This document shows, piece after piece, positions 14,263 through 27,712 of a stretch of DNA of 64,000 nucleotides. Both the position numbers and the translations under genes were made by a program. The DNA lies in assembly GCA_964016885.1 (NCBI GenBank), contig OZ024743.1, positions 106,702,001 to 106,766,000 on the forward strand, in the 5' to 3' direction. Under the pieces are notes generated by a model. The model was not told the origin of the DNA. It saw only the letters and a program-made list of their open reading frames with translations, and made no database searches. This DNA comes from Eledone cirrhosa. Its lineage: Eukaryota. Within the stretch, counting starts at the first letter, position 1. Each line of letters opens with the position of its first letter.

Positions 14263-15774
14263 ATGGCTAATTCACCTCTGCACCAAGCAGCTGAAAGCCT
14301 TCCTCACAAATTAAGACCTCACACCGACACCACCATTGTAAATGTTACTACGTTTGCCAACACTACAAAAAATATAAGCAGTAGCAATATTTTAAATTTG
14401 TCTCAGGCAGACATTCATTTCCCGCCATTACAAATGACTGCAGGTGTTAAAGCCTCCACCACCACCACCACCGCGATAACCACCACCCCCACCACCACCG
14501 CGACAACAGAAACAGAAGAAGAAAAAAATAAATTAACTCGTGATGTCGAAATGAAATCAAGCAAAATGGACTCTTCCCCACCAAAGACGACTGACGTCAC
14601 CACCACCACAGATGAAACTAAAATTAATATTAACACAAATAACGATAGCAACAACAACAATAACATTATAAAAACCACCCTCAGTTTCGCCAGAGTAGCA
14701 AAACAGTTCGACGCATTTACGGTAACTCAGGAGGATTTAGAAAATGCCAAACAAATGGTAAAGAAAGATGGGTACGGGGTCAGCCCCCCCCCCCCCCAAC
14801 CTAATAAAATGGAGCATCGGCGCCTATGCACCGTGTCGTTTCGAATAATAAATGTAAAATCGCGCCGAGTGGAACGGGCATCCGAGTCCCAAATCCAAAA
14901 AGCTTTCCGACATGTGTGGGCAAGAAAAACCGACATCAGACGTGGGCAGAAGTATGGAACCGTGGACGTGTTCTTTGAAACACCAGAGGAGGCTAGAGAA
15001 CACTCCATGGCCCCATTAAGAAGTGACGACTTCACACTCGTCCCAAGCTATTGTGGCCAGAGACTCGTAAAGATCAGTGTCACCCACGTTCCACCGTCCA
15101 GCGAAATTCCCTGGCTAATAGCGGCCGTCCTCGCCGGCATCGAAGCCAACACAAAAATAATAGCAATAGCAAAAGAAAAGCAGGAGAACTGGTCCGGATC
15201 TGGGATGGAGCTCCTAATCCAAGCGGACCAAAAAAGCATTGAGGAGATACAAGAGGTAATAGACCTCACTGACGGCAGCCACCTCACGGTAATGGTCGAG
15301 GGCAGAAGACCTAGGTGTGTCGTTTGTGGTGAAGGAACCCACCTAAGGGCTTTCTGCCCTCAGACTAAAAGGTTGAGGCCACCTCTCCTACCCACCCCAG
15401 TGACACAACCATCAACACCACCAGTAGCAGAGATGGCAGCAACAACTGTAGCAGCAACAACAGAAGCAACTATAACAGCAACAACCCCAGCAACAGTAGC
15501 AAAACCAACACCACCACCACCACCACCAGCAAAACCAACACCACCACCACCCAAAGCTTCAGAACTAGCACCAGCGCCTACACCATCCACCACGCCACAA
15601 CCAAAACTAACGCCTGTGGAGGATTTTCCACTCCCCGGCCTATCACAACTGGAGACAGATTGTGACGACGAGGAGTGGGAAACGATATCTGAAAAAAAAA
15701 AAGAATCCAAAAAAGAAAAAATGATCTTCCTTCCCCCTCCAAAAACAAAATACAGAGGGAAACAAATAAACTAA
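14263..15774 (+). CDS. Tx1 ORF1 (gag-like; RRM-like region + CCHC zinc knuckle + Pro/Thr-rich tail); probably extended to about 16253 before an A-run frameshift
   Basis: 503-aa ORF with SFARVA, GTVDVFF and CVVCGEGTHLRAFC (CX2CX4HX4C), upstream of ORF2. Confidence 0.8.
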   Translation: MANSPLHQAAESLPHKLRPHTDTTIVNVTTFANTTKNISSSNILNLSQADIHFPPLQMTAGVKASTTTTTAITTTPTTTATTETEEEKNKLTRDVEMKSSKMDSSPPKTTDVTTTTDETKININTNNDSNNNNNIIKTTLSFARVAKQFDAFTVTQEDLENAKQMVKKDGYGVSPPPPQPNKMEHRRLCTVSFRIINVKSRRVERASESQIQKAFRHVWARKTDIRRGQKYGTVDVFFETPEEAREHSMAPLRSDDFTLVPSYCGQRLVKISVTHVPPSSEIPWLIAAVLAGIEANTKIIAIAKEKQENWSGSGMELLIQADQKSIEEIQEVIDLTDGSHLTVMVEGRRPRCVVCGEGTHLRAFCPQTKRLRPPLLPTPVTQPSTPPVAEMAATTVAATTEATITATTPATVAKPTPPPPPPAKPTPPPPKASELAPAPTPSTTPQPKLTPVEDFPLPGLSQLETDCDDEEWETISEKKKESKKEKMIFLPPPKTKYRGKQIN

Positions 15775-16287
15775 GAAACAAAAAAGTTAGGACATATATG
15801 CCACCATCCACACCAGCATAACCCCATCAACCCAAACACCAACACCATCACCATCATTAACCCCAACACCACCATCACCTACACCACAAAAGTCACCAAA
15901 ATGCGAAACAAACAAACCCACAACAAACGCAAACAAAACAAAACAACCAAAACGATACACACTACACAGCATTAAATTTGAACAACAAGCAATTATTACA
16001 CTACATCCAACACAACACCAGCATCACAGAAAAAGACTACACAACAAACCAAAAATTCATACCACCTCCACACATACAAATCACTCGCATCACACAGAAA
16101 ACATACATGACACTAAAACAAAAATTCCCCAAAGGCATCGGAGACTTCCGACAAGCACTCTCCAGGAGGATTTATAAGGACATCCTTCCTGAGGAAGCCA
16201 CAAGCAGTGAAAAGGATGGAAAAACCGTCCTTCCCCTACAAGAAGTAAGGTAAGTGGTCTTTCCCATCTTTTCCACTCCTTTTCAAC

Positions 16288-19200
16288 ATGACCTCACTCA
16301 GAATAGGCAGCATAAATGCGCGTGGCTTGGGGTCGTCATGGAAGCAGGGTCACCGGCTCAACGACTTCAGGTCACTAAACATAGATGTAGTGGCCTTCAG
16401 CGAGACCAGAATCTCCGAAGCACGGGCCTTCGCACCGATCTTCGGCGGCTACGATGTGTACGCATCTCCCAGCCGTCCTTGATCGGGGGGAGGAGTTGCC
16501 GTGCTTTTTCGGAGAGGTTTGGATCTCGCCATACGGGCCATCTTCCTGGACCCAGAGGGTAAGCTGGTGTTGCTGCACGTGACCAGCGGAGACGGGCAAG
16601 CTTTCAGGCTAGTGGCCGTCTATGCCCCGACAGGAGCAGGGCGGCCTGATTTCTTCCGGCGTCTGGAGACCTTTCTTGGAACGTCCCGCTCTTTAGTGTT
16701 AGTGGGCGACTGGCATGGGATCTTAGATGCACGCTGGGACTGTGTGGGATTAGCGGATAGTGGTGGAGGGTGCAAGAGCCTCACCAACCTGCTCAGGCGT
16801 TTTGAACTGTCTGACAGGTACCGATTGGATTTCCCGAATGTGCCAATGTGGACTTGGACAAATCGCATAGGGTCATCCACATCATATCTAGATAGAGTAT
16901 TTTGTAGGGAAAAAGATAGGTCTAGCATAGGCTGTCCACAATTCAAGATAGTCAGCTACACGGACCACAAATTCGTGATCTGTGTGCTTGACTTAGATAG
17001 GCTTCATGGACGAGGACCCGGCTACTGGAAGCTAAACGCGTCCTTACCAGCGCGCAAGGCCTACAGAGACCGGATTAGCGAACTAGTTAAGCGGGCGTTG
17101 ATGGGGGCCATCGTCAACAACAAGTGGTGGTTTGCTCTAAAAAGAGCGATTAGAATAGAATCCATTAGGTTTAGTAAGGCTTTAATAGAGAAAAATAGAG
17201 CAGAGGGAGAACTAGTTAGAAAATTAGACGAGGCGCTTAGCAAAGGCATTGCGACCGACGTGCTTGCGGCGAAATTGGCCCTTGACCAATTCTTCAATGC
17301 AAAGCACGAAGGCTGCGTTGTCAGAGCAAGGGTGCGTGCTCTCAGACACAAGGGGACGAAAGCCGTTCAATGGGCCCGAGTGGCGGAGACGCGTCGTGGC
17401 AACAAAGCCACGATCCGGTCTTTGGTGGACCACGACGGGCGCATGCTTCTCGATCCCGGGCAAATGTGTGAAGCTTTTCAGCGACACTTCGCTCAGCTGC
17501 TCGGGGGCAGCGGTGGGCCGGATCGAGGGATGGACTTTAGTGTCTACCTCGACGGACTGCCGCGGCTCTCGGCCACTGAGGCGAAGTGTTGCGAAAAGCC
17601 GATAACAGCCGCTGAAGTAAGGGAGGCAATGACTGGCTGCACAAGGGGTAAATCGCCTGGTTTGGATGGTCTGCCCTATGAACTTTACGTACAGATGCCA
17701 GACTTGTTCGGAGGCCTCTTGGCGGACGTCTACTGCAACTGGCAACAGAACGGAAGAATTCCCAGTTCTGTGAGCCGAGGAGCGGTGGCACTGCTGAGAA
17801 AGGATCCGAACAAGGGGGTTAACATAGATAATTTCCGGCCCATAACTCTGCTAAACACAGAGTTCAAGATTTTGGCCAAGGTGCTAGCAAAGAAGTTGGC
17901 GCTTGTCGTTGGTGGTCTGGTGGGAGAGGCGCAGACATGCGCCATTCCCGACAGATCCATCCACGACAACCTCCATCTCATGCGATACATCGTAGAGAGG
18001 GTAGCTAGGGAACCTGGCACGGGTGGGTCCTTGATCAATTTAGATCAGTCAAAAGCTTTCGATAGGGTCGACCATCGTTACCTAGTGGCAGTCCTGAGGG
18101 CGGCTGGCTTTGGGCCCGTCTTCAGAGGCTGGATCGCTGCCATGCACAGCGAAATCTGCTCTGTGGTGAGAGTGAACGGTCACCTGTCGGAACCGTTCAA
18201 CATCATGCGCTCGGTTCGCCAAAGATGTCCCGTCTCGCCCCTCTTGTACGTATTGACTCTCGAGCCATTACTGCACAAACTGGAGACATTGAGGGGCGTC
18301 CCGCGCGAACTAGGATGCGGAAGATCCGTGTCAGCATATGCGGACGATTTCACCGTAGTGGTGTCGAACGCCAAACACATCGAGGCGATCGGCACTACAC
18401 TAAGAGAATATGAAGCGGTGACAGGAGCAATGATCAACCAGGAAAAGTCAGTGGGCCTGCAGCTCGGCACCTGGAGAGGCAGGTCCATGCCGTCCAACAG
18501 CGTCGTCGGGCGCTGGACGGACAGACCGGTTAAATTGCTAGGGGTCTGGTTCGGTCCGGACCTCCAGACGGACAAAAACTGGGACGAGGTGACGAGCAGG
18601 GTGGCTTCTCTCACCCATAAATGGGCCGACAGGAAGCTATCCCTGAAAGGTCGAGCGGAGGTGGCTAACGCGTACATCGCGTCTGTCATCTACTACCGCC
18701 TGATCGTCGTACCTTGTCCTAAGGCTCGCCTGACTGCGCTGGAGTGTTTGCTCTTTCGCTTTTTGTGGAAGGGACGCTCTCCGATGGTCAGGCGTTCCAT
18801 CTGTTGTCAACACCCGCTACGTGGAGGGCTGGGCATGCCGTGGCTGATGATGCGCAGGCACGCGCTCAGGCTACGACATCTCTACCTCTTCCTGACGGTG
18901 ATCTGGTGTGGTCGCCGTTTCCTAGACACTTATTTCCCCCAGCTCGTTTCCTTGACGGAGCTGCAGTCCTGGGTCAAGCGAAGGCCGAGAGGGAGCGCCT
19001 GGAGACTGGAATGTCTTCAGGCGCTCACAGCCCTCGACCAATCGGGCAATGTGATCGGTGGAAACTCCACCTCTGCGTTCTATAGAGGATTAGTGGAGGG
19101 GAAGAGCGACGACGTACATGGGGAAACTCTAGGCGTCGACGAAAATCAACTAGCCAATCTCTTCGGAAGAACATTCGGGCCAGGGCCTATGGACAACTTC

Positions 19201-19703
19201 CAGAAACCTCTGGCCTGGCATGCTACCGAGGAGCCTTGCCAGTTCGGGATAAACTCTACAGGCATGGAGGTGCCGTCAGCCGGGCATGTCCGAGATGCGC
19301 GCAGGGCGACGAAACCGTCCTGCACGCACTCGTCCAGTGTCCGAAAATTGCTGACTTGTGGGTTTATGTCGAACACCTGCTGTCGCGTTTAGGACGGATC
19401 CGGGTATCATCTGAGTCCATCGTGAGGATTGCCCCGCCCTCCTCCTTTAGCCGGAAAGGGCAGGCAGTTTTTATCTGTCTGGTGGCCATGGCGAAAGAGA
19501 TAGTATGGTGGACACGTTTGAAAGGGCTGAAGACGAGCACTTACCTCTTGGGTGATGCTCTGATTGACTTTTTCAAATTTCATTTGAAAAGGAAAATCAG
19601 AGTAGAGAGGGAAGTGCTCTCTTCCCAGCATTTTGTTGAAAGATGGGTGAGAGAAGCAAGAATGGCCCGAGTGAATGGGCCTACTCTGAGTATATATCTG
19701 TAA
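16288..19703 (+). pseudogene. Tx1 ORF2 (APE endonuclease + reverse transcriptase + Cys-rich C-terminus) with a few frameshifts
   Basis: MTSLRIGSINARGL, VYAP, LVGDW, YLDRVF, TDHK (APE); PGLDG, DQSKAFD, SAYADD (RT); CPRC..ETVLHALVQC. Split over ORFs 16288-16482, 16501-19392 and 19236-19703. Confidence 0.93.
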
Positions 19704-19970
19704 ATTAAAGGTGGAAAACTGGGAGAGGGCACTTGCCTTGGTTCGTCAGGGTCATTGTGGCCTTTTACTGGGCTTTCTCCACAAATGTCCCTCGGAAGTC
19801 TCCCCCCTATTGGGGAATTTGTCATTGTTATTTTTTGTTACATCCTCTGTTTTTGTTTTTTACACGCAGAAATGCCCATTGGTACCGTCCTGTATTGTCC
19901 TGCACTGTCCTTAATGTCTACTTTATGTAAACCCTTGTGGTTAATAAAGAAATCATTATTATTATTATTT

Positions 19971-20029
<59 letters not shown>

Positions 20030-20384
20030 GCATATGTGTGCATGTGTCTGTATCTATTTGAATATATATATATAACTACACCCGTTACGTGCAACGTGTA
20101 TGAGTTGTTAGTGCATTTACGAGCAGAGACACACTCTCGACCCGCCTTCCTTCAATCCAGTAGAATATCATGGGTGTGACAGCTTGAAGGAGAAACGGTT
20201 ATACCAATAGGATGGTGTCCTTCTTGATTGACTCTGAATTAATAAACAATAGGGTTAATTTTAGTTGGGTTCTAATTCAAAGGGCCCTAACTTTTACTCA
20301 GTTATCTAATGTCACTTCTGAATGTTCTAGTTTATTTATAATCAACCGTACACACAACCCCCCCCCCCTCCCACACACACACAC

Positions 20385-20457
<73 letters not shown>

Positions 20458-21383
20458 GTGTGTGTGTGTTTGTGAATAGATAAATGGATATCAATTATAT
20501 GTAGATACTAAAACAGAAGATTATTGATATATTTTTCACGTTAGTTACTGTATTTGATTTCTATTTGGGAGTGTGTGTACGCGTATTCCTCTTTGTCAGT
20601 ACTCGTGTGTATTTTGGGCGCATGGTACTTATACCAATGAGGTATATAACAAGGTATATAATGTAGAGATATAGCAAAGCAACCTAGTTTTTAACTTCCT
20701 ATTGTTGGTGACTCTTTACTCACTGGCCGATAGACCCACCGTAAGAATATAGAAATCATATCTTTTGAAAGCCACAAACACCCGTGTTATTTAATACCTG
20801 ATTTGCTTATATTTCTGGAAAGTTGATATCAGTCATTTGAAGGTTAAAGGAATGAACAATGCCCTATGCATTGCTACTAGGGATTTAAATTTTCTTTTAT
20901 TTCGATTCAAACACAAACTTTTCTTTAAATGAATTACTTTTACCCGGAAAATATTCTTCCTTAGAATTATGAGAATATCTGTGGATTTTGTCCTCAGGTT
21001 CAATCTTTCATGCTAAAACCAGAAAATTCTTTCAGATTCGTTAGATCTATGCGTGGTATGAAGCTACTGCAAAAGAAGAAAAAAGCGTTGAGTTAAAATC
21101 TCAATTACAGAGGAAAAGATATCCGTGCAACATGAAGTGGATTTCAAATTTCTTTGTGTATTACAAAGGCTGGACAACACTCTGAGCGAAACTTAAACTT
21201 GTTGCCGATATTATTGTTAAAGATGTAGCTACTTTTGTTGTTGATCTTAATGCCTTTCTAGGAATTATCTACGTCATACAGCTTCAGATTTTAATGTGAC
21301 AAAGCAAAAGCTAAAATGTCAAATATTGCGGAATTTAGCGTAGGTTGTGAAAGGACTTGAAACTCAGCATTAAATGAAAACCA

Positions 21384-21561
21384 GGATTGGCAGTATCGGT
21401 GGAGGGTCGGACGCCATGCTTTCCAGCATAGTTACGTCCCTTTACGATCTGAGTTCAAATCCCGCCGAGGTTGACTTTGCCTTTCATCCTTACGGGGTCG
21501 ATAAAATAAAGTACCAGTAATGCACTGGGTAATTGCTGGCCTTGTGCCAAAAGTAGAAACA
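21384..21561 (+). mobile_element. tRNA-derived SINE (Nin-domain-like) with 15-bp TSD
   Basis: A-box-like tggcagtatcgg, B-box gagttcaaatcc, central ttgcctttcatccttacggggtcgataaaa; TSD attaaatgaaaacca at 21369-21383 and 21562-21576. Confidence 0.9.
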
Positions 21562-21899
21562 ATTAAATGAAAACCAAGAGTTATGTGCGCTTAGGAATGA
21601 AAATTGACATAATCTAATACATACACACACGCTCCTATACATGTATATATACACACACATATATATATATGCCCGCATATCCAGTCATACATATATGCCC
21701 GCGTTTTCCAGTCAGTAGCAGCTCCGCTTACGAACATCAGGGGCCTACGACTTTACATGGTTCGAATCTCACACTATCCGGCTCTTCTCGAGTTATCTCC
21801 TACTCTTTGCCCAGGTCGTGCTATTAAGTTAGACATGGCCTGGACCAATACTGGCCAGAACATTTCAAAGTTATTCGAAGTTATATATATATATATGTT

Positions 21900-21958
<59 letters not shown>

Positions 21959-22214
21959 CCATAATAAACTACACAATATAATTATTCCATTACGAAAGGT
22001 TTCAGGTAGCTAGGCGAACCTTACAGAATAGTCCATCTCATTCACCTGATGAAATAGTTATCTGTCTATCTATATGTGTCTCTCGCTCCCCGCCCCCCCC
22101 CTCTCTCTCTCTCTCCTTATGTATATATAAATATATATATATATATACACACATATATTTTCTCCTCCATACTTTAGAAAACTTACTAGTTGAACTTCAT
22201 ATGTGTGGATATAT

Positions 22215-22272
<58 letters not shown>

Positions 22273-22581
22273 ATGTGTGTGTGCGTGGGTGTTTGGGTGT
22301 GTGTGTGGGTGTGTTTCTGCATTCATACTTTGTGTGAAGCAACAAAATTTCACCTTAAAATGTTTGTATTATATATAGAAAGTTACATATGCTTCACATT
22401 TGTTTGGCTCCATGCAATTATGTAAAAATGTAATTTGATTTGAGTCGATGCGTGTGATGATCAATACTAGAATCAATTCTATCATACCTATAAATCTCGA
22501 GAGTATATTAAGTGTGAAATATATGTAACGCTTAAAATGTAATAAAGACGTTTAAACGTGAAACTTCGTTATCAATAGATA

Positions 22582-22770
22582 ATTGTTTCTACTTTAGGCA
22601 CAAGGCTAGCAATTAGCCAGTGCATTACTGGTACTTTATTTTATCGACCCCGTAAGGATGAAAGGCAAAGTTAACCTCGGCGGATTTGAACTCAGACCCT
22701 AAAAGGACGTAACTATGCTGGAAGGCATGGCGTCCGACTCTCTACCAATACTGCCCATCCACCACCCTCT
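22582..22770 (-). mobile_element. SINE, same family
   Basis: Reverse complement of the 21384 copy; aatagata repeated at 22574-22581 and 22771-22778. Confidence 0.9.
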
Positions 22771-22790
22771 AATAGATAGTACATGCATTT

Positions 22791-22972
22791 GGATTGGCAG
22801 TATCGGTAGAGCGTCGGACGCCGTGCTTTCCAGCATAGTTACGTCCCTTTACGATCTGAGTTCAAATCCCGCCAAGGTTGACTTTGCCTTTCATCCTTAC
22901 GGGGTCGATAAAATAAAGTACCAGTAATGCACTGAGAAATTTGGTGGCCTTGTGCCTAAAGTAGAAACAATT
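22791..22972 (+). mobile_element. SINE, same family, head-to-head with 22582-22770
   Basis: Nearly identical to 21384-21561. Confidence 0.9.
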
Positions 22973-23099
22973 ATTCTATAGCATCGTGTTCATACATTTG
23001 CCACATCTAGTAATCGAAAATAAAAAAAATTAGTCAACCACACACCAGAAATTTGTGTACACACACACACACACACTCGCACACTAATATATATATATA

Positions 23100-23160
<61 letters not shown>

Positions 23161-23959
23161 TAGATATATATATACACATACACATACACATGCACACATA
23201 TATATATATATGTGTATATGTATGTGTTTGTATTAACAAAAACGAGGAAGTTATGTTTGTATTTTGATTTATACTTTGTATTGAACCGTTACGCGCGTTT
23301 CGTAGAGGATTCACTTGTGATCACCCATAAAATTTATAGACCTAACGCTAGTATTTATCTTCTCTTCAGACTGGTGATACAACAAAAAGCACAGAGTAAT
23401 TTTTTTTCTCCCAAGTTTCACTGACATTGTTCTACAATTAGAAATCAATATCATGCTTCGAAATATATATTAATGTGTAAGGTGATGTTCCTGCACATCA
23501 TGAAGCAAGTTTACTCAACTGAATCGCTTTAATTTACTCACTAAATGCCTACTGCGCCTAGCCTCGCAGGGGTTGTGTCTCCTATCCGTTTCTTTATACT
23601 GTATTACAGTGCCGTGAGAATGCTATTAGTTGTATTCGTTCCGGATCTCTATGAGGTGATTTCAAAATTCTCGGATGTCAACTTTATCATACATCATTTC
23701 AAGATTGAGAAAACTGTATTAGTTCTGTACTGGGGACAATTCTATCTCCATATCTCTTTCCCACTTCCCCTTTCTTTACACTCCCCACTTTCTCTACAGG
23801 AAATCAGCTGTATTAGAAAAGCTGACCTTACATGTCCATGCATACATATAGTGACACTGATCATTAAAATTGGGGAAACGCTTTCTCCATTCTGTCCGCC
23901 GGAGCTGTGGGGAGGCCGGCACGTGGGACACTATTTGCTCACCATACGGAGAGTTGTTG

Positions 23960-24350
23960 AGGGCGAGAGAGACGGAGGAGATGACAATGGGAGTTCGGCT
24001 CTTCCACGTTCGGACCATATCGTTGTGGTTGTGTTCATCAAGTCCTAGTGCAGTAATAACATTCGTGACACTTGTTACTCGATTCCAAATTTGTGTCGCA
24101 TAAGCTGTAGTCATATTTACCTGATTGATATTTTTGATATTATGGTAGTATTTACATTACCCTATATATAATCTTACCACTTCCATTCAAGCATGCAGGA
24201 CAAACATGCATCCACTCCTAACATCACTGATATAGTTTTCCGTCTCCAGGTTCGTGCACTTACCCATATATGTCATGCTTCTTTCAGAGATTATTAAACG
24301 TCTGCAGTTTCATTCTTGTATGTTACATTCCAACAGCTAACAACATGCAA
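23960..24350 (-). pseudogene. Highly decayed RTE-like APE endonuclease remnant (N-terminal half)
   Basis: Fragments CWNV.., LKKHDI and VNMTTAYATQI resemble RTE APE motifs (WNV, ISAYAPQ); many stops and frameshifts. Confidence 0.35.
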
Positions 24351-24745
24351 CCATTAACCGAGCGGCGAAGAAGTTCATACTATGCATTGGAAAAACACAC
24401 TCTTATAAATTACCTCAAATAAAGAAAAATAGACAATGTATGTGATTATGTCATTCAAAACATAATGCAAATTCATATTGATGTTCAGAATGTAATTATT
24501 AAAAACCACAAGAGTTAGCTGGTAAATTTCTCCCAAATCAATATGCTTTGGATACTGTAATGTTAGGTACACTTAAGGACACTAGATGGTCATGGTTGGA
24601 AAGTTTATGCTTCTATATCTGTTTGCTCATTGCCGAACGTGTGTGGAAAGCAATGAGAACGACTATGAGAAAAACATCTGTTTTAACGAAATTAAATTGG
24701 ATATGCACTTAATGCTCGTATAATAAAATACGCCTATAAATTAAT

Positions 24746-24847
24746 TGTTTCTACTTTAGGCACAAGGCCAGCAATTACCAGTGCATTACTGGTACTTTAT
24801 TTTATCGACCCCGTAAGGATGAAAGGCAAAGTCAACCTCGGCGGGAT
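24746..24847 (-). mobile_element. 5'-truncated SINE with 17-bp TSD
   Basis: TSD tacgcctataaattaat at 24729-24745 and 24848-24864. Confidence 0.9.
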
Positions 24848-25303
24848 TACGCCTATAAATTAATACCATATTATAAGGTGTTAACCGACATCGCATCACT
24901 TAGCTTTGTATTTTGTTCGTATATTAAATATTATATATTTTACATCGATTGCAGCAATACGAAATTATTTGCAGGAGATTTCTCTATTATTATATAAATC
25001 TCATGTAGGCCTCTGTTGATAAATATATCATAAACCTCTTTCAATTTGTTGTTTGATTTCTCTAATGTTTTACATATTTGTAATGCTACGAGCAAATAAT
25101 ATATTCATTCACATCTATCTATCTATCTCTCTATCTTATATATATATGTGTGTGTGTATGTGTGCTCGTATGTGTATGTGTGTGTCTGTCTGTCTGTTTA
25201 TCTGCCTGTCTGTATGTATGTGTATAAGTACCATACAATATTTTGCTCTCACATTTACCAAACGAAAGACAAATGTAGTGTCCGTTATAATTAAAATTAT
25301 AAT

Positions 25304-25491
25304 AATTGTTTCTACATTAGGCACAAGGCCAGCAATTACCCAGTGCATTACTGGTACTTTATTTTATCGACCCCGTAAGGATGAAAGGCAAAGTTAACCT
25401 CGGCGGGATTTGAACTCAGAAGGGCAAGGGCCGTAACTCTATACGTCAAAGCATGGCGTCCGACTCTCTACCAATACTGCCAATCCACCGC
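25304..25491 (-). mobile_element. SINE, same family
   Basis: Reverse complement of the family consensus. Confidence 0.9.
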
Positions 25492-25569
25492 ATACAACTA
25501 TTACTACCTTCAAATTTCATATAATTATTTAAAATATCAGAGTTGTTGAGTTTATCGTTAGACATCCGA

Positions 25570-25880
25570 CAGTTCCGAGGAGGAGTGTCCCAGCTGTTTT
25601 AACAACGAAACAGTTTTCTCGTGAAATTAACATGCATGTGGCCTAGCATTACAAATAATTTCACTCTAGACGTAATTTTCGCACGGATTTAGCATAACAC
25701 AGTGTGTAGCAAGGCTGGTATTTAGAATTAGAGGTAAAGCTCATTTTCATACCCGAATGGACTGGAGCGGCATGGAATAAAGTGTGTTTGTTTTTTCATT
25801 CTCAAGAACACATGGTAACGCAGTGTTTCGAACTCAGGCATTCATGAAAGTGAACCGAAGCCTTGTGCCTACACCACAGC
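25570..25880 (-). mobile_element. Older second SINE family, decayed
   Basis: Shares ctcgtgRaattaacatg..gtggc and tggactgga blocks and a reverse B-box (tcgaactc) with 59535-59790. Confidence 0.55.
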
Positions 25881-27476
25881 AGTTTATGAATGTATGACAA
25901 AATGAATGTATGACATGACAAACCCAAAGGTCTGTAAGTGAAGCTATATTAGATCTGAGACTGATATTTAAATAGTGGCATATATAGAACAACATTGTTT
26001 TCTTTTTTTATTAGTTTATTCGGTAGAAATATGCACCCGTATCCTTTGAGGCTCACTTAAGATATACTTAAGTATCATCGAGAATCCTCATAAGATGACA
26101 AATGCAGGGCAACCTTTTGCAGGAATGGAATGCCCGCAGAATGATGTTCTTCATGGAGATGGTTAAGTGTTGTGGTTACAACGGGCAAGTCTTGACATTT
26201 GAAACGTCACTAACGTGACGACAGAAGGAGGAAGAACTGAGTTGTAGTATTGCCCAATTAGGTATGACAAATGACCAGCTTCTTCCGAGAAACACTTATC
26301 TGTTTACAAGCGTTGCCTTCTGTATGAATGTTTGATTAAACATAGCGGGCTAAATCATGCAAAAAATTTGGGGAAAGTTTTTATATTTTGATTGAGATAC
26401 CTAAAATGCACATATTCGCTTAATGATATAATTCATAAATGACAGCAATATATATATGAACATATTTCAATGACTTAGCAATAAGTTTAGTTTATGGAAT
26501 CATTTATTTTAATTTTAGTATTTCAATAGGTTATAATTGTCCAATGATTTACGTCACCCAATTCAAGTAACTTACGTTCATGTTTCTCCATTGAAAAGTT
26601 TAGGTATATTTGGTTTATGGAGGGTGATATGCAATGGGATATTCTTTATCTACTTGCTTTGTAGAAAAAGTTGTTCCTAGTCCTTCAATATATTTGTCCT
26701 CGATGCTTTAGTTTTATACAATCCATTGGCATGTTACATATTATATTTCATAATATACAACTGGATTATTTGTACGTAATCGAGCAACGTATACTAGATC
26801 ATCCTGACAATATAATACAGATGAATATATTAAATATAGCTAAGCTTTGATCTTGAGTGGGTTTGAAATACCTGGTACAGACTATTTCACTTCGCTTACA
26901 AAACTAATGTATTTTGGAGAAGGTATGAATGTCACAACACGTCATTTTCATAATCATCTATAATATACCAAATTATAGTAAAATCTGTATGTACCTTAGC
27001 ATAAAAGCAAGGCACAATAAAAAATATGATATATTTAATATAGTTGCTTTCCTAATATTTCATCTGACAGAGAGGCATGAACTCCAACATTTAATACATT
27101 CCTCGTCTTAGCTTTGAAAGGTAATGGCACCAGTATAGAGGTTACAATGACATGGATTTCTCATCTGTATGAAGCCCCTTATATGCAGTTCCTAGTTTGA
27201 TATTATTTCCGATCGAACAATCAGAAATATCGTAGAAAGTCTGTTTTTCTTCAATGTATTAGTTCTCAAAATGTATTTCTGTACAATATATTCATATTTA
27301 TACCAGAAATTCTTCTTCAACAATACTTACCCCAGCCTTCGATTTACATAATCCGTTTTTCCAGATTTTAATACATATATATTTACATACAAAAATAAAT
27401 AGATAACGACATACATATATACACACGCACAAATGTATAGACGGACATACGCACACATATATGTACACACACACAA

Positions 27477-27509
<33 letters not shown>

Positions 27510-27527
27510 TATATATACACACACACA

Positions 27528-27567
<40 letters not shown>

Positions 27568-27581
27568 CTATACAAATAAAG

Positions 27582-27642
<61 letters not shown>

Positions 27643-27647
27643 AGTAC

Positions 27648-27712
<65 letters not shown>

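Larger units (their letters stand above)
14054..19955 (+). mobile_element. Near-full-length Tx1-clade LINE inserted in (ATT)n
   Basis: 5' UTR, ORF1, ORF2 and 3' UTR with AATAAA; (ATT)n immediately 5' (14038-14053) and 3' (19955-20023). Confidence 0.95.

Noticed and set aside
20960-21370. Possible hAT transposase relic (LxLQxK-like and AKLKL-like fragments)
   Set aside because: Too degenerate to support without a profile search.
21705-21775. tRNA gene suggested by B-box ggttcgaatct
   Set aside because: No cloverleaf can be built; the SINE heads elsewhere are likewise tRNA-derived and are not tRNA genes.
23770-24048. Strong splice acceptor (polypyrimidine + CAG at 23799) and a possible host exon
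   Set aside because: No recognisable protein, donor or partner exons; the opposite strand is better explained as an RTE remnant.
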